Below, piece by piece: positions 17,359-27,188 of a stretch of 64,000 nt of DNA. Source of the stretch: Promethearchaeota archaeon (GTDB lineage: Archaea > Asgardarchaeota > Lokiarchaeia > Sigyniarchaeales > SOKP01); the NCBI GenBank assembly GCA_016840165.1, contig JAEOSU010000038.1, forward strand, positions 1-64,000. The letters run 5' to 3'. The notes beneath the pieces are model-generated. The model searched no databases, was not told the origin of the DNA, and saw only the letters and a list, made by a program, of their open reading frames with translations. The first letter of the stretch is position 1; the number at the start of each line of letters is the position of its first letter. Position numbers and translations under genes: made by a program.

Positions 17359-18348
17359 TCAATTATATTTCTTTTTCTTTTTATTCTTTCGATTTACAAG
17401 AGTTATTCCTAAGATCACTAATAATAGGGAGATAGGATATATAAAAAAATCAAATTTCTCTTGTAGAAAAAGTGCGGAAAATAAAACCCCAAATAATGGC
17501 ACTAAAGTTTGAAAAATAGCCGCTCGACTAGCATCTAAACGTTTAACACCTTCTAAATAAAATGTATAAGCACCCACAGTAGAGAGAAAAGCTAAGTAGA
17601 ATATCCCCATCCAAACTCGAATTGGAATAGATAAATAAACTATGGGATTGAGAAATTCGGGACTAAATATCAAAGCTATTGGGGTCGTAATAGCAAATCC
17701 AAAAAGGGAAACCCACGTCATAATCCAAATAGAGCTTGGCTGGTATTCTGATGAAGATTCTTTAACCTTATTTAAAAAATAACGTGAGATAACCGTATAT
17801 ATCGCATAAGCCAAAGCTGCTATTAGGATCAAAAAATCACCTAATATTCTATTTAATACATTAAGATTTGGAGAAAACCCAAAAATTATAAAAACTGCGA
17901 AAAATGCTAAAAGGCTGCCTAATAACTTTTTCCATGTAAAAGATTCTGACTTAAGAAATATGCTAGAGAGAATAACCACCCATATCGCATTCGTTGCAAC
18001 TACAATACTAGCATCACTCGCAGCAGTGAATAGTTCACCAAATAGATATCCAGTTTGATAAATTGTTACAGAAAGAAGACCCATTATACTGAGAATTTTT
18101 GCATTTTTCTTAGCAAATTGCCAGTTGACTGTGTTTTCCTTTAATTTAAGGATAATAAAAAGACAAACGATTGCTAAAAAATATCGAATTACCGCAATCA
18201 TGAGTGGCGGAATAGTTGGACCTCCTATATCTTCTGAAACTAACCATCTACCGATTGGCCAAGTTCCTCCCCAGATCACTGCTGTAAAAATTAATAAAAT
18301 ATAGGCGATTAACTCATTTTTTTTAATGGCATAATTCCTTAATATCAA
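17359..18348 (-). CDS. DMT/EamA-family transporter
   Basis: IWGGTW, two EamA halves, ~10 TM, LSALFLQE. Confidence 0.9.
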   Translation of the reverse strand: MILRNYAIKKNELIAYILLIFTAVIWGGTWPIGRWLVSEDIGGPTIPPLMIAVIRYFLAIVCLFIILKLKENTVNWQFAKKNAKILSIMGLLSVTIYQTGYLFGELFTAASDASIVVATNAIWVVILSSIFLKSESFTWKKLLGSLLAFFAVFIIFGFSPNLNVLNRILGDFLILIAALAYAIYTVISRYFLNKVKESSSEYQPSSIWIMTWVSLFGFAITTPIALIFSPEFLNPIVYLSIPIRVWMGIFYLAFLSTVGAYTFYLEGVKRLDASRAAIFQTLVPLFGVLFSALFLQEKFDFFIYPISLLLVILGITLVNRKNKKKKKYN

Positions 18349-18454
18349 AGAAAAATCACATTTAAGTTATGAAATATCTTATTCTAAGGCTATGTACTAA
18401 AATAAAGTGCAATTTCTATACTTTTTCAAAAATAAGTAAATGAAATAAACAATT

Positions 18455-18844
18455 CTATTCAGGTTTTTTTAATTCTTTTTCGATAATTCGTATTTCCTTG
18501 TCCAACTCTTTCATCTTAATTTTTTTCTCGTTTTCTATGGCCTTTACTTTCGCTTTTACTGAACTCTGCATCTCTTTTCTTAATCTTTTCCTTTCTTTTT
18601 CTAAGCTCTTAACAATTGGATTTAATTCTTTTTTTTTTGTACCTAAATACTTTAATTTTTCGTTAACCTCAGCTAATTCAAACTGTTTAGATTCTAATTT
18701 TGCTTCTACTTCTTTAATTTTTTCATCATACTCTTGACTAAGCCTATTTTTAACGTAGTCTAGTTTCTTTTTGGCAACATCTTCAATTTCAACAATTTTT
18801 TGAGCAATAATATTTATTGAGTCTCTGAGTTCCTCGTCTGACAT
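18455..18844 (-). CDS. Coiled-coil hypothetical protein
   Basis: K/E-rich heptads. Confidence 0.7.
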   Translation of the reverse strand: MSDEELRDSINIIAQKIVEIEDVAKKKLDYVKNRLSQEYDEKIKEVEAKLESKQFELAEVNEKLKYLGTKKKELNPIVKSLEKERKRLRKEMQSSVKAKVKAIENEKKIKMKELDKEIRIIEKELKKPE

Positions 18845-18983
18845 CTCAATTTGAATATAATACTATATATATTTATTTTTTAGTATATTTTCTATAGGAT
18901 TTAGTGAATTAATATACTTTAAAATAATATACTATAAGAAAATAATGAATTAAGTATCAGGGAAATTGAGTTATTTTAGATAA

Positions 18984-19796
18984 TTACTCATTTAAAAATT
19001 TGATTTTTCTATGTTTTCTTGGAGGACAGCGATAAAACTTTACGTTGGGATAACCTAATGTAAATACGCCCCAACTTCTTCCTCTCAACCTCACAATTTT
19101 ACTAAGCTTAGGATTATTTTCAAACGCAATATGGGTCCAGCCGTTATAGCAAGTCCCTAACCCTAATGATTGAGCAGCTAATCTCCCATAAGTCACTGTA
19201 TTCGCGATATTGTAGTGATCCATAGCGCTATTACCTGAGGTATACACAAATATGACATGAGGAGCATCAAAATATATTTGATATTCATATAATTCACCCC
19301 TAATTTGAAATGATTCTTCATACATAGATCTCGTTGCTGGATTTTTCAATAGTTCTTCTTTCACTGCATCTGACAATAATTTTAATTGCTCAATATCAGA
19401 TACCACCGCAAATTTCTCTGCTCGGAGATTAGCACTTGTGGGTGTATATTCCATTGCTGCGATTACTTTTTTAATTAAATCAATGGGAACTTGTTTCTTT
19501 TTATACCACCTAATAGACCGATTTGCACGTAAAAAGTTGTATAATTTCTCATAGGGAATATAATTAGATAAATCATCAATTCCTTCAAAACTATAGTGTT
19601 CCTCTCCAAAATCATCGAAGAGAATAGCATCTTGAGGGCAAAGAGAGATACAATGACCACAACGGATACATCTTCCAGTTGGATCGTCAAAAATTACTTT
19701 GTTATCGCTCTTACTTCGTTTGAACATTGGTGGACATTCTAGGACACACATTCCACATGTATTACATTTATCATAGTCTATACCAATTATAGACAT
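18984..19796 (-). CDS. Nitroreductase with N-terminal 2x[4Fe-4S] ferredoxin domain
   Basis: CxxCxxCxxxCP twice; RSIRWY, PTSAN, LGLGTC. Confidence 0.92.
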   Translation of the reverse strand: MSIIGIDYDKCNTCGMCVLECPPMFKRSKSDNKVIFDDPTGRCIRCGHCISLCPQDAILFDDFGEEHYSFEGIDDLSNYIPYEKLYNFLRANRSIRWYKKKQVPIDLIKKVIAAMEYTPTSANLRAEKFAVVSDIEQLKLLSDAVKEELLKNPATRSMYEESFQIRGELYEYQIYFDAPHVIFVYTSGNSAMDHYNIANTVTYGRLAAQSLGLGTCYNGWTHIAFENNPKLSKIVRLRGRSWGVFTLGYPNVKFYRCPPRKHRKIKFLNE

Positions 19797-19843
19797 CTTA
19801 AATCAGCTTTTACATTTTTTATTTTTTTTTAAATAATATTATT

Positions 19844-20560
19844 TTATTGTATACTATTAATAATTTTAATTATCTCTCTCATATTTTTAACTTCAAAATC
19901 GGGAATAATATCTGATTGCCTCTTTTGATTCATATCATTAAACCATATGCTTAAGATTCCGCAATCCTTCGCCCCCTTCACATCTGTATGTAATAAATCA
20001 CCAATATGGATACTTTCCTCTGGTTTTGATTTAAGATGTTTTAATGCTTCCTGAAAGAGTATTTCAGAAGGTTTATAATACCCAATTTCATCTGAAAAGA
20101 TAGTTGTTTGAAAATATTTGAGAATATCATATTTTTCCATAACTTTTTTAATAATTTTTCCAGGCGTGATTCCCGTATTGGAAATAAGGCCAATATTGTA
20201 TTTTGAATTTAAATTTTTCAATGTATCAACCACTCCTTCTTTTAACAGGGGAGGATCCTTCAGCATTTCGCTTTCCATTATATTTAAAATCTTACTTTTT
20301 TCATTATTAGAGAGACTAACTTCAAGACAATTTAACATTTTTTCAATTCTCTCATCGTTATGGATATGCAAATATAATTCATTTAAATCTTCAATATCAT
20401 AGTACAGAAAGATATGATCATAACATTTTGTAATGACTTCTATATCCATGATTTCGCCTTTATTTGCAAAAAAACGAAGCAGAAACTCTATTCTGGATTT
20501 TGAATATGACTTATTTTGAAAAGTCGTATTCCATAAATCAAATGTAATTGCTTTAATCAC
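19844..20560 (-). CDS. HAD-superfamily hydrolase
   Basis: FDLWNT, ISNT, KP, HIGD...D. Confidence 0.9.
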   Translation of the reverse strand: MIKAITFDLWNTTFQNKSYSKSRIEFLLRFFANKGEIMDIEVITKCYDHIFLYYDIEDLNELYLHIHNDERIEKMLNCLEVSLSNNEKSKILNIMESEMLKDPPLLKEGVVDTLKNLNSKYNIGLISNTGITPGKIIKKVMEKYDILKYFQTTIFSDEIGYYKPSEILFQEALKHLKSKPEESIHIGDLLHTDVKGAKDCGILSIWFNDMNQKRQSDIIPDFEVKNMREIIKIINSIQ

Positions 20561-20586
20561 TATCTATCTCCTTATTTTCTACGAAT

Positions 20587-21525
20587 TCATAGATTCATTA
20601 GTTCGTTAAAATTGTCTTTGCTTAATTTCAACAAGCCAGCTTTGGGGAGTCTTTTTGCAAGAAGTTGCCAATTCCTATCCTTCTGAAAAACTTCTTGAAA
20701 TATTGGTAAGGATTCAGAGAATTTATTTACATTTGCTAAAGAAACTGCGGTCCAAAATTTCATTTCAAGATTATGAGGCATTAACTTTTGAGATGCATCA
20801 TATTCTTTTAATGCTGTTTCCATATCGTTTTTTTCTAAGGCAAGGTCTCCATTATTCATATGTTCATATGCACGATGGACCTTTAATAATCGCTCTAATT
20901 CTTTCAAGGGTTCTTGATGATCCTCAACCCTTAAATCAATTTCAGGATCTTCCCATCGATTTTCTTTTTTCTCACCACCCACAATTAAGAGTGCTGCTGA
21001 CTGTTTTCCTCGAATATCTCCTCCTTGAGATTCAGCCGCTTTCAGAACCTCTATAATTCTCTCTGGAAGGGGTAATTCATTGTTCTTTTCAAATTCTTCA
21101 GCCATAGCAGACCAAACAGTATCATTAAGCATCATATTTGCTTGTACAGAATAATGTTTTCCTTTTTTATGGCCAGCAGCTTGAATACAATCCTTTCCAG
21201 TATGAACTGCAATTCTGCCTTGGTTGTCTAATATCGCGAGCTGTCTAACGTCCCTTCCCTCATCTGTAGATAATAATATATCAAGAGCTTCATACGAGGT
21301 TTTACCTTTCTTTAGAAGCTCTAACCCTCGTAATCCAAAAGAAACATTAACTAATGCTTGGGTAGCAATAACTCCTACCCCCGACTCACCCCATGATACT
21401 ACAGAACCCACTGAAAACCAATGACTCTGTACACCAACCCCCATTTTTCCTGTAGAAGGATCTCGGGCTACAATAGAATAAGTATGGGCAAGCGATTTAT
21501 GAACGTTGAAATTTCTTTTACTCAT
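20587..21525 (-). CDS. DUF1028 (Ntn-hydrolase-like) protein with C-terminal TPR
   Basis: HTYSIVARD, GVIATQA, GGDIRGKQSAAL, DLRVEDH. Confidence 0.9.
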   Translation of the reverse strand: MSKRNFNVHKSLAHTYSIVARDPSTGKMGVGVQSHWFSVGSVVSWGESGVGVIATQALVNVSFGLRGLELLKKGKTSYEALDILLSTDEGRDVRQLAILDNQGRIAVHTGKDCIQAAGHKKGKHYSVQANMMLNDTVWSAMAEEFEKNNELPLPERIIEVLKAAESQGGDIRGKQSAALLIVGGEKKENRWEDPEIDLRVEDHQEPLKELERLLKVHRAYEHMNNGDLALEKNDMETALKEYDASQKLMPHNLEMKFWTAVSLANVNKFSESLPIFQEVFQKDRNWQLLAKRLPKAGLLKLSKDNFNELMNL

Positions 21526-21680
21526 CTTGGTTCCCTCTATAAAAATTATTAATGATAAATTGAATTTATTAATAAATCCTTTAATTATTTTGGTTTAGTT
21601 TATAATCTATTAAATCATCTTAAAGGCTTATTCTCGAGGAAATAAAAATATTTATTAATTAGACTACTATTGAAGAGTTA

Positions 21681-22040
21681 ATGAGTTCAAAAGCAAATAT
21701 TACGGAATTATTCGAAAATTGGAATAAATATAATCAAGAAGTTCAAGAATTAATGGGAAACTTTGATTTAGCTAATGTAAAAAAGATAAGGAAAAAGCAA
21801 CAAGAAATTGAGGATAATATATATAATCTATTAAAAAAGAATGCTCCTAAAGATTATATAGAGATGTTACCTGAAGACTGTGGCGAATTAGAAGTAGGTT
21901 ATGATACTACTAATAATGAATTCTATTTTGTTATGATTGATCCTAAAAGTGAAGATAATGATAATATAAAACTAATAGCATTCACGATCAATACTGAAAA
22001 ATTAGTAAATATTATAGAAGATTTCACAATTGAGGATTAA
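21681..22040 (+). CDS. Hypothetical protein
   Basis: Open frame with typical composition. Confidence 0.65.
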   Translation: MSSKANITELFENWNKYNQEVQELMGNFDLANVKKIRKKQQEIEDNIYNLLKKNAPKDYIEMLPEDCGELEVGYDTTNNEFYFVMIDPKSEDNDNIKLIAFTINTEKLVNIIEDFTIED

Positions 22041-22059
22041 AATAAAAAAAAATTGAAAA

Positions 22060-23586
22060 TTAAAATTTATCAGCATCATCATACCAGTCAGGATACCACT
22101 GATAATACTCTCTTGGAAAAGCTTTTTTCAAACCTTCATATGTTGCTTTTATAAGGACCAACTTCCCTTGACGGTCGCGATGAGTAATTACTAGATTTTG
22201 TTGTTCAAGTGATTCAATAATTTTTCGTATTGTTGAACGACTCCCTCCGATATCTTCTCGAACGTCATCTGGGCTCATATATAGACCGGGATTTACCTTG
22301 TAATCATGAGCTAAAACCTTCAATATATTCTCTTCATTCAATTCAAGTCCATGAAATCTAGATTGTTTCTTTGATACTACAGGTGCATTTACTTCATCAT
22401 TCCATCGCATTCTCATAGGATGGTTGTATGTAGGGAGCATTGAGGCAAACCTATAGACAATCATTTTTTGGACTTCTGTAGTTCCAGCAACAATTTCACC
22501 AATTTTTCCTTCACGTACTAACCTTTCTACGGGATAAAATCTTGTAAGGCCATCTCCTCCCATGACCTGCACTGCTTTCAATCCTGCATCCCTAATATAT
22601 TCACTAATAACCCATTTTGCGACTGAAGCATCAATCATAGGTTCAAGACCATCATCTAATTGCTTAGCAGTATTATATGCAAATAATCTTCCCATTCGAT
22701 ATTTAGCTATTATATCTGCGATTTCGTTTTGAATTCCGGGAAATTGATTTGTACTTCTTCTAAATTGCACACGACGCTGAGTATACCAAAATAGAATGTT
22801 AATAATATCTTTCAAGGTACCAACATAAACGGCACCTGCAATTAAGCGCTCAAAATTTAATCCAGCCATCATAACGTTCCAACCTTTGCCAACAGGGCCA
22901 ATGCGATTCTCATCGGGAACCCGTACATCTTCAAATGAGATGTATCCGTTTGGAACATTATCAAATCCAACCAGTTTATTTATCTTTTCTAAGTGGAATC
23001 CAGGTGTTCCTTTTTCAACTAAAAAGGAAGTTATGTGACCATACTGCTTTTTTACATCTTTTTCATTACTAGTTTTAGCATAAATAAAATATCGATCTGA
23101 TACTCCTGCTCCCGTAATGTAGCGTTTTTTTCCATTTATCACCCATTCATCGCCATCTTTCTCTGCCGTGGTCATAACATTTGCTGCATCTGATCCTGCA
23201 AAAGGCTCGGTGATACATACCGCGCCTAACTTATCACCCTTTGCAAGTTGAGGCAACCATTTTTCTTTTTGCTCGTCGGTGGCAAAACGTAACATTTGTT
23301 CTAAACCCGCGAGCATTGATACAACAAAAACATGACCAACAGCATATAATCTTCCTAGTTGTTCTGCAACTATACAGGACCCTGTAGCTCCTAATTCTAA
23401 ACCGCCATATTGCTTAGGAATTCCCACACCAAAATATCCTTCGTTTGCAACTCTTTTAACTAAATCCCATGGAAATTTCTTCTTCCAAAAATAAGCTTCT
23501 GCTTCTTCAAATAATTCATCAGCAAAATTTTCGACTTTTTTGGCAATTTCCTTTTGCTCTTCAGTCCACCAAAAATACGGTTCCAT
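22060..23586 (-). CDS. Acyl-CoA dehydrogenase with C-terminal winged-helix-like extension
   Basis: ITEPFAGSD, INGKKRYIT, RVQF, QVMGGDG, GTTEVQ; ~120 extra C-terminal residues. Confidence 0.9.
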   Translation of the reverse strand: MEPYFWWTEEQKEIAKKVENFADELFEEAEAYFWKKKFPWDLVKRVANEGYFGVGIPKQYGGLELGATGSCIVAEQLGRLYAVGHVFVVSMLAGLEQMLRFATDEQKEKWLPQLAKGDKLGAVCITEPFAGSDAANVMTTAEKDGDEWVINGKKRYITGAGVSDRYFIYAKTSNEKDVKKQYGHITSFLVEKGTPGFHLEKINKLVGFDNVPNGYISFEDVRVPDENRIGPVGKGWNVMMAGLNFERLIAGAVYVGTLKDIINILFWYTQRRVQFRRSTNQFPGIQNEIADIIAKYRMGRLFAYNTAKQLDDGLEPMIDASVAKWVISEYIRDAGLKAVQVMGGDGLTRFYPVERLVREGKIGEIVAGTTEVQKMIVYRFASMLPTYNHPMRMRWNDEVNAPVVSKKQSRFHGLELNEENILKVLAHDYKVNPGLYMSPDDVREDIGGSRSTIRKIIESLEQQNLVITHRDRQGKLVLIKATYEGLKKAFPREYYQWYPDWYDDADKF

Positions 23587-23827
23587 CCTTACTCTCACAA
23601 CCTATTATACTATAAGATATATTTTTCATAATGATAATGTGATGTAATTATTTTTATATCTAAAATTTTAGGAAAATGTTCTTCTGTTTTCCCTCTATAA
23701 AATATTCTGCATTTTTGTTAATCTATTTAAAAAAATGAAAATAAATTAATGATAGTGTATTATGATTAAGATAATAAATTTAAATTGTGAAGATTTGCTA
23801 AAATTATATAATATTAAGTGATTTCTT

Positions 23828-25441
23828 ATTTCTATTCCATCCTCACTACGAGAAGGACCAAGAACTACAAATACATTAGCAAAAAAGCGTTATTTAGCTA
23901 TTTATGTTTCCATCATGGTTCTTAGTGCTCAACCTCTTATAATTTGGTTTTGGCTTTATTGGAGGATCTTTTCTGTTGATGATGTACTCTTTTATATATT
24001 ATTTCCTGTTTGGTTTATTATTGGATTATTCGTTTTCATACTATCTTCAATTATCGTCGCAAGATTCTTCTTATTTTTTGCAAATTTATTGCATAAACCA
24101 CAAGAGGGGGTTTTTACAAGGAGTAACGATGATAAAGATTATTGTTATTGGAGTCTGAGAGCAATAATTAGAAAATGGCCTGTTTGGTTAATTCGACAAT
24201 TTTCTTTACCATTTTTTGAAATACTTGCTTATAAAATTCTTGGAATTAAAACCTCATTTTCTAATGCCCTAGACAACGCATGGGTTGATTGTGAGTTTAT
24301 TGAAATGGGGAAAAATGCAAGAATTGGCCAGGGAAGTTTAATTATGTCAAATATTATTGTTAGCGATAAATTAATAATAAAAAAAGTACTTATCGGAGAT
24401 AATGTTATCATTGGTGCTCATGTTTTAATCCTTCCTGGTACAATAATTGGAGATAATACAATCGTTGACTCTAATGGGCTTACGTTAATTAATCAGAAAT
24501 TAGAGGCTAATTCTATTTATAGCGGCAATCCAGCTAAGAAATATATGACTAATGATGCGATTAAAAAGATAGAAGGTATAGAGAAATTTTCACTCACGAT
24601 AGATCCAATAAAAGATATAGAGAAAACTTTTTTACGGGAGGAAGTTAAAGAATTATCAGTACCATTCCACTTCTATGTTATTACGGGATTTATCATCATT
24701 GCTTTCTCTTTTGTCATACCTGGAATTTTATTTTTCATCGTTGTTTTTGGATTAGTTGTTCCTCATTTATTTAATACACCCTTAATTCTTACGACTTTCC
24801 TTAATCCAAAACCTTATTTCATAATGATCTCCACCCCAATATTGTTTATTGGACTCTATTTATTACATCTTTTTTTTGTAGCTCTTTTTACCCGTTGGTT
24901 TTATAAAGTAGCAGATGCACGAGGAGCATCCCAAGGTATTTACGACCGAAATTTAGATGAAAGTTCCGAGGCATTGGATTATTATCATTTTAGAGCCTTC
25001 TTACTGAAGTACCCGGTATTCGCTTATTCTCGTTCGCCCTTTCCTTGGTTACTTAATTGGGAATTAAGATTTATTAGATCAAACAAAATAGGAAAGAATA
25101 CTGTATTAGAAGAAACGTTCCTTCATAGTCATATCAATTTTGGGAAAAATTGTTATCTTGGCACATCCTCCCACATAACTAATCATCTGGTTGATGGAGT
25201 ATATGGTTCAGAAAACCTTACATTTATAGGAGTCTCGATTGATGATAATTCTGTGTTAAATTCTATAACTGGTGGTTTGCCTGGAACTAAAATTGGAAAA
25301 AATTCAACATTATTACCTAGCTGTACAACGATAAAGTTTGATAAACTCGGCTCCAATGGTATATATGCTGGTTTCCCTGCCAGAAAATTAACGAAAGAAG
25401 AAGTTTTAAAATATCTAGGAGGTGAATATTCTGGAGAATGA
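23828..25441 (+). CDS. Membrane protein with two TM-hairpin plus hexapeptide (left-handed beta-helix) acyltransferase units
   Basis: IGDNVIIGAHVLILPGTIIG..YSGNPA and IGKNS..YAGFPA; frame is open upstream of ATG 23915 to ATT 23828 (start uncertain). Confidence 0.8.
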   Translation: MSIPSSLREGPRTTNTLAKKRYLAIYVSIMVLSAQPLIIWFWLYWRIFSVDDVLFYILFPVWFIIGLFVFILSSIIVARFFLFFANLLHKPQEGVFTRSNDDKDYCYWSLRAIIRKWPVWLIRQFSLPFFEILAYKILGIKTSFSNALDNAWVDCEFIEMGKNARIGQGSLIMSNIIVSDKLIIKKVLIGDNVIIGAHVLILPGTIIGDNTIVDSNGLTLINQKLEANSIYSGNPAKKYMTNDAIKKIEGIEKFSLTIDPIKDIEKTFLREEVKELSVPFHFYVITGFIIIAFSFVIPGILFFIVVFGLVVPHLFNTPLILTTFLNPKPYFIMISTPILFIGLYLLHLFFVALFTRWFYKVADARGASQGIYDRNLDESSEALDYYHFRAFLLKYPVFAYSRSPFPWLLNWELRFIRSNKIGKNTVLEETFLHSHINFGKNCYLGTSSHITNHLVDGVYGSENLTFIGVSIDDNSVLNSITGGLPGTKIGKNSTLLPSCTTIKFDKLGSNGIYAGFPARKLTKEEVLKYLGGEYSGE

Positions 25442-26306
25442 AAAGGTACCCAATTTTCCCAATTCTTTAGACATAACGAAATATCCCATTACTACCAATA
25501 CTTTCAGATGGTCATTTACCGCTTCATTGCTTTCAATTATCCTTCATATTTTATCCTTCTTTATTCCATCGGTTATGATTATGACGTTCTTTAGCTTTGC
25601 AATGGACTCTTTCTTTTTCCATTGGCGAGTATTTATAATATTTTTAGATGTATTAGCATGGTGGGGTATTTACATATTAGTAAGCTTGTTTATGGGGAAA
25701 ATGACTTTAATTATACTTAAAATGCTCCATATGCCTAAAGAGGGATTATTTAAGCTCGATCATAAAAATAAAGATTATAAGTATTATTGTCTTCGATATT
25801 CCGTAAAGAAATTTATATTTTGGATTTGGAATAATTTTTGTTTTCCATGGGCGTCAAATCTCGCATTTAAGCTATGTGATATGAGAGTAGATTATAAAAG
25901 TACACTTTTTGATGGGTGGAGCGATTTAGAATTTATATATTATGGCAATAATATGATGATTGGGCAAGGTGCTGTAGTATTATCGAGTGTAATAATCAGA
26001 ATTGATAATATTGACTACCTGTTTATAAAAAAAGTAATTATTGGTGACCATGTTGTATTAGGAGGGCATTCGATTGTTGCTCCTGGGACTATCATAGGAA
26101 AAGGGACTACTTTAGGGATTTGGGCCGTAACACATATCGGTCAGAGATTAGAACCAAATTACATTTATATTGGGAAACCTGCCCGTAAGTATCAACCAAC
26201 GGATAAAGCCCGGGAGGAAAGTAAAAAAGTTCTAATTCGAAGATTAGTTGATACAGGGGAAAGGATTCCTTTTGATATTAAATCTCTTGAAAAAGATTCA
26301 GATTAG
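25431..26306 (+). CDS. Membrane protein with one TM-hairpin plus hexapeptide acyltransferase unit
   Basis: IGDHVVLGGHSIVAPGTIIG..YIGKPA; paralogous to the upstream gene (PKEGLF..KDY.YY.LR); start 25422-25431 uncertain. Confidence 0.82.
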   Translation: MENEKVPNFPNSLDITKYPITTNTFRWSFTASLLSIILHILSFFIPSVMIMTFFSFAMDSFFFHWRVFIIFLDVLAWWGIYILVSLFMGKMTLIILKMLHMPKEGLFKLDHKNKDYKYYCLRYSVKKFIFWIWNNFCFPWASNLAFKLCDMRVDYKSTLFDGWSDLEFIYYGNNMMIGQGAVVLSSVIIRIDNIDYLFIKKVIIGDHVVLGGHSIVAPGTIIGKGTTLGIWAVTHIGQRLEPNYIYIGKPARKYQPTDKAREESKKVLIRRLVDTGERIPFDIKSLEKDSD

Positions 26307-26323
26307 AATTAATATTAATAGTA

Positions 26324-27031
26324 TTATTCTATTTTAAAATAACTTTTAGCTTTTTTATGTTTAAACCATATTATGGATATTGAAGCGATTATTGTGGCAA
26401 ATAAAAAAAAATTACCAAAGGGAACAACCACCACGACTTCTGATTCTACTAATTCCCATCGAAATATAGTGGTCTTATTAGTGATCTTTTCGATAAGTGT
26501 GGAAATGCCATTTGAGTTATAGGTGATTTCCACGGTAGTGGTATTTTGATAATCTAAGAGGAGCGTAGAATTAATGAACGAATAATTAAGAGGTCCTGAG
26601 CTTTCAAGAGCATCACCAATCAAAGTTAAATTCACTGGTGTAGGAACAATAAGAGGTAAGGCATCTTGATATGCAATTTCTGACCAATTAAGATAATTTT
26701 GTGAAAAATTATATGCCATATAAAACGTGTTTTCTTTTTCATAAATCCATACGAAATTGTGATAATAAGCTAAGGTATAATTTACAATGAGACAATTGGG
26801 TCCATCAGACCAAGTATCATTATATATGTCAGTAACCGTGAACCTTATATAGGGAAAACCAGTATAAGGAGATTCAGTAGCATTTAAAGTCTCCCAACGT
26901 AGACTCTCTCCCTGTTCTAATGGAAATGTTGAGTCATAAATCGTAATTTGGCCGAGAGAAAGGGGACTAATGCCAATTCTTATTAAGAGGGTAAAGATCA
27001 AGGCTATAGTGATAAATTTCCAAGTTCTCAT
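26324..27031 (-). CDS. Secreted, C-terminally anchored hypothetical protein
   Basis: Signal-like N-terminus; VPFG-TM-basic C-terminus. Confidence 0.7.
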   Translation of the reverse strand: MRTWKFITIALIFTLLIRIGISPLSLGQITIYDSTFPLEQGESLRWETLNATESPYTGFPYIRFTVTDIYNDTWSDGPNCLIVNYTLAYYHNFVWIYEKENTFYMAYNFSQNYLNWSEIAYQDALPLIVPTPVNLTLIGDALESSGPLNYSFINSTLLLDYQNTTTVEITYNSNGISTLIEKITNKTTIFRWELVESEVVVVVPFGNFFLFATIIASISIIWFKHKKAKSYFKIE

Positions 27032-27188
27032 AATAAACTAAAATATAATTATAATTTGATTTTTTTAAGTCTATCTGATTGTAATAATCATATCAATATA
27101 TTACTTTTAAATCTAAACATATTTAATCCCAACAAATTAATTATCAGATATATTATGTTAAGAAAGAAAAAAAAGGTAAATTATGATT

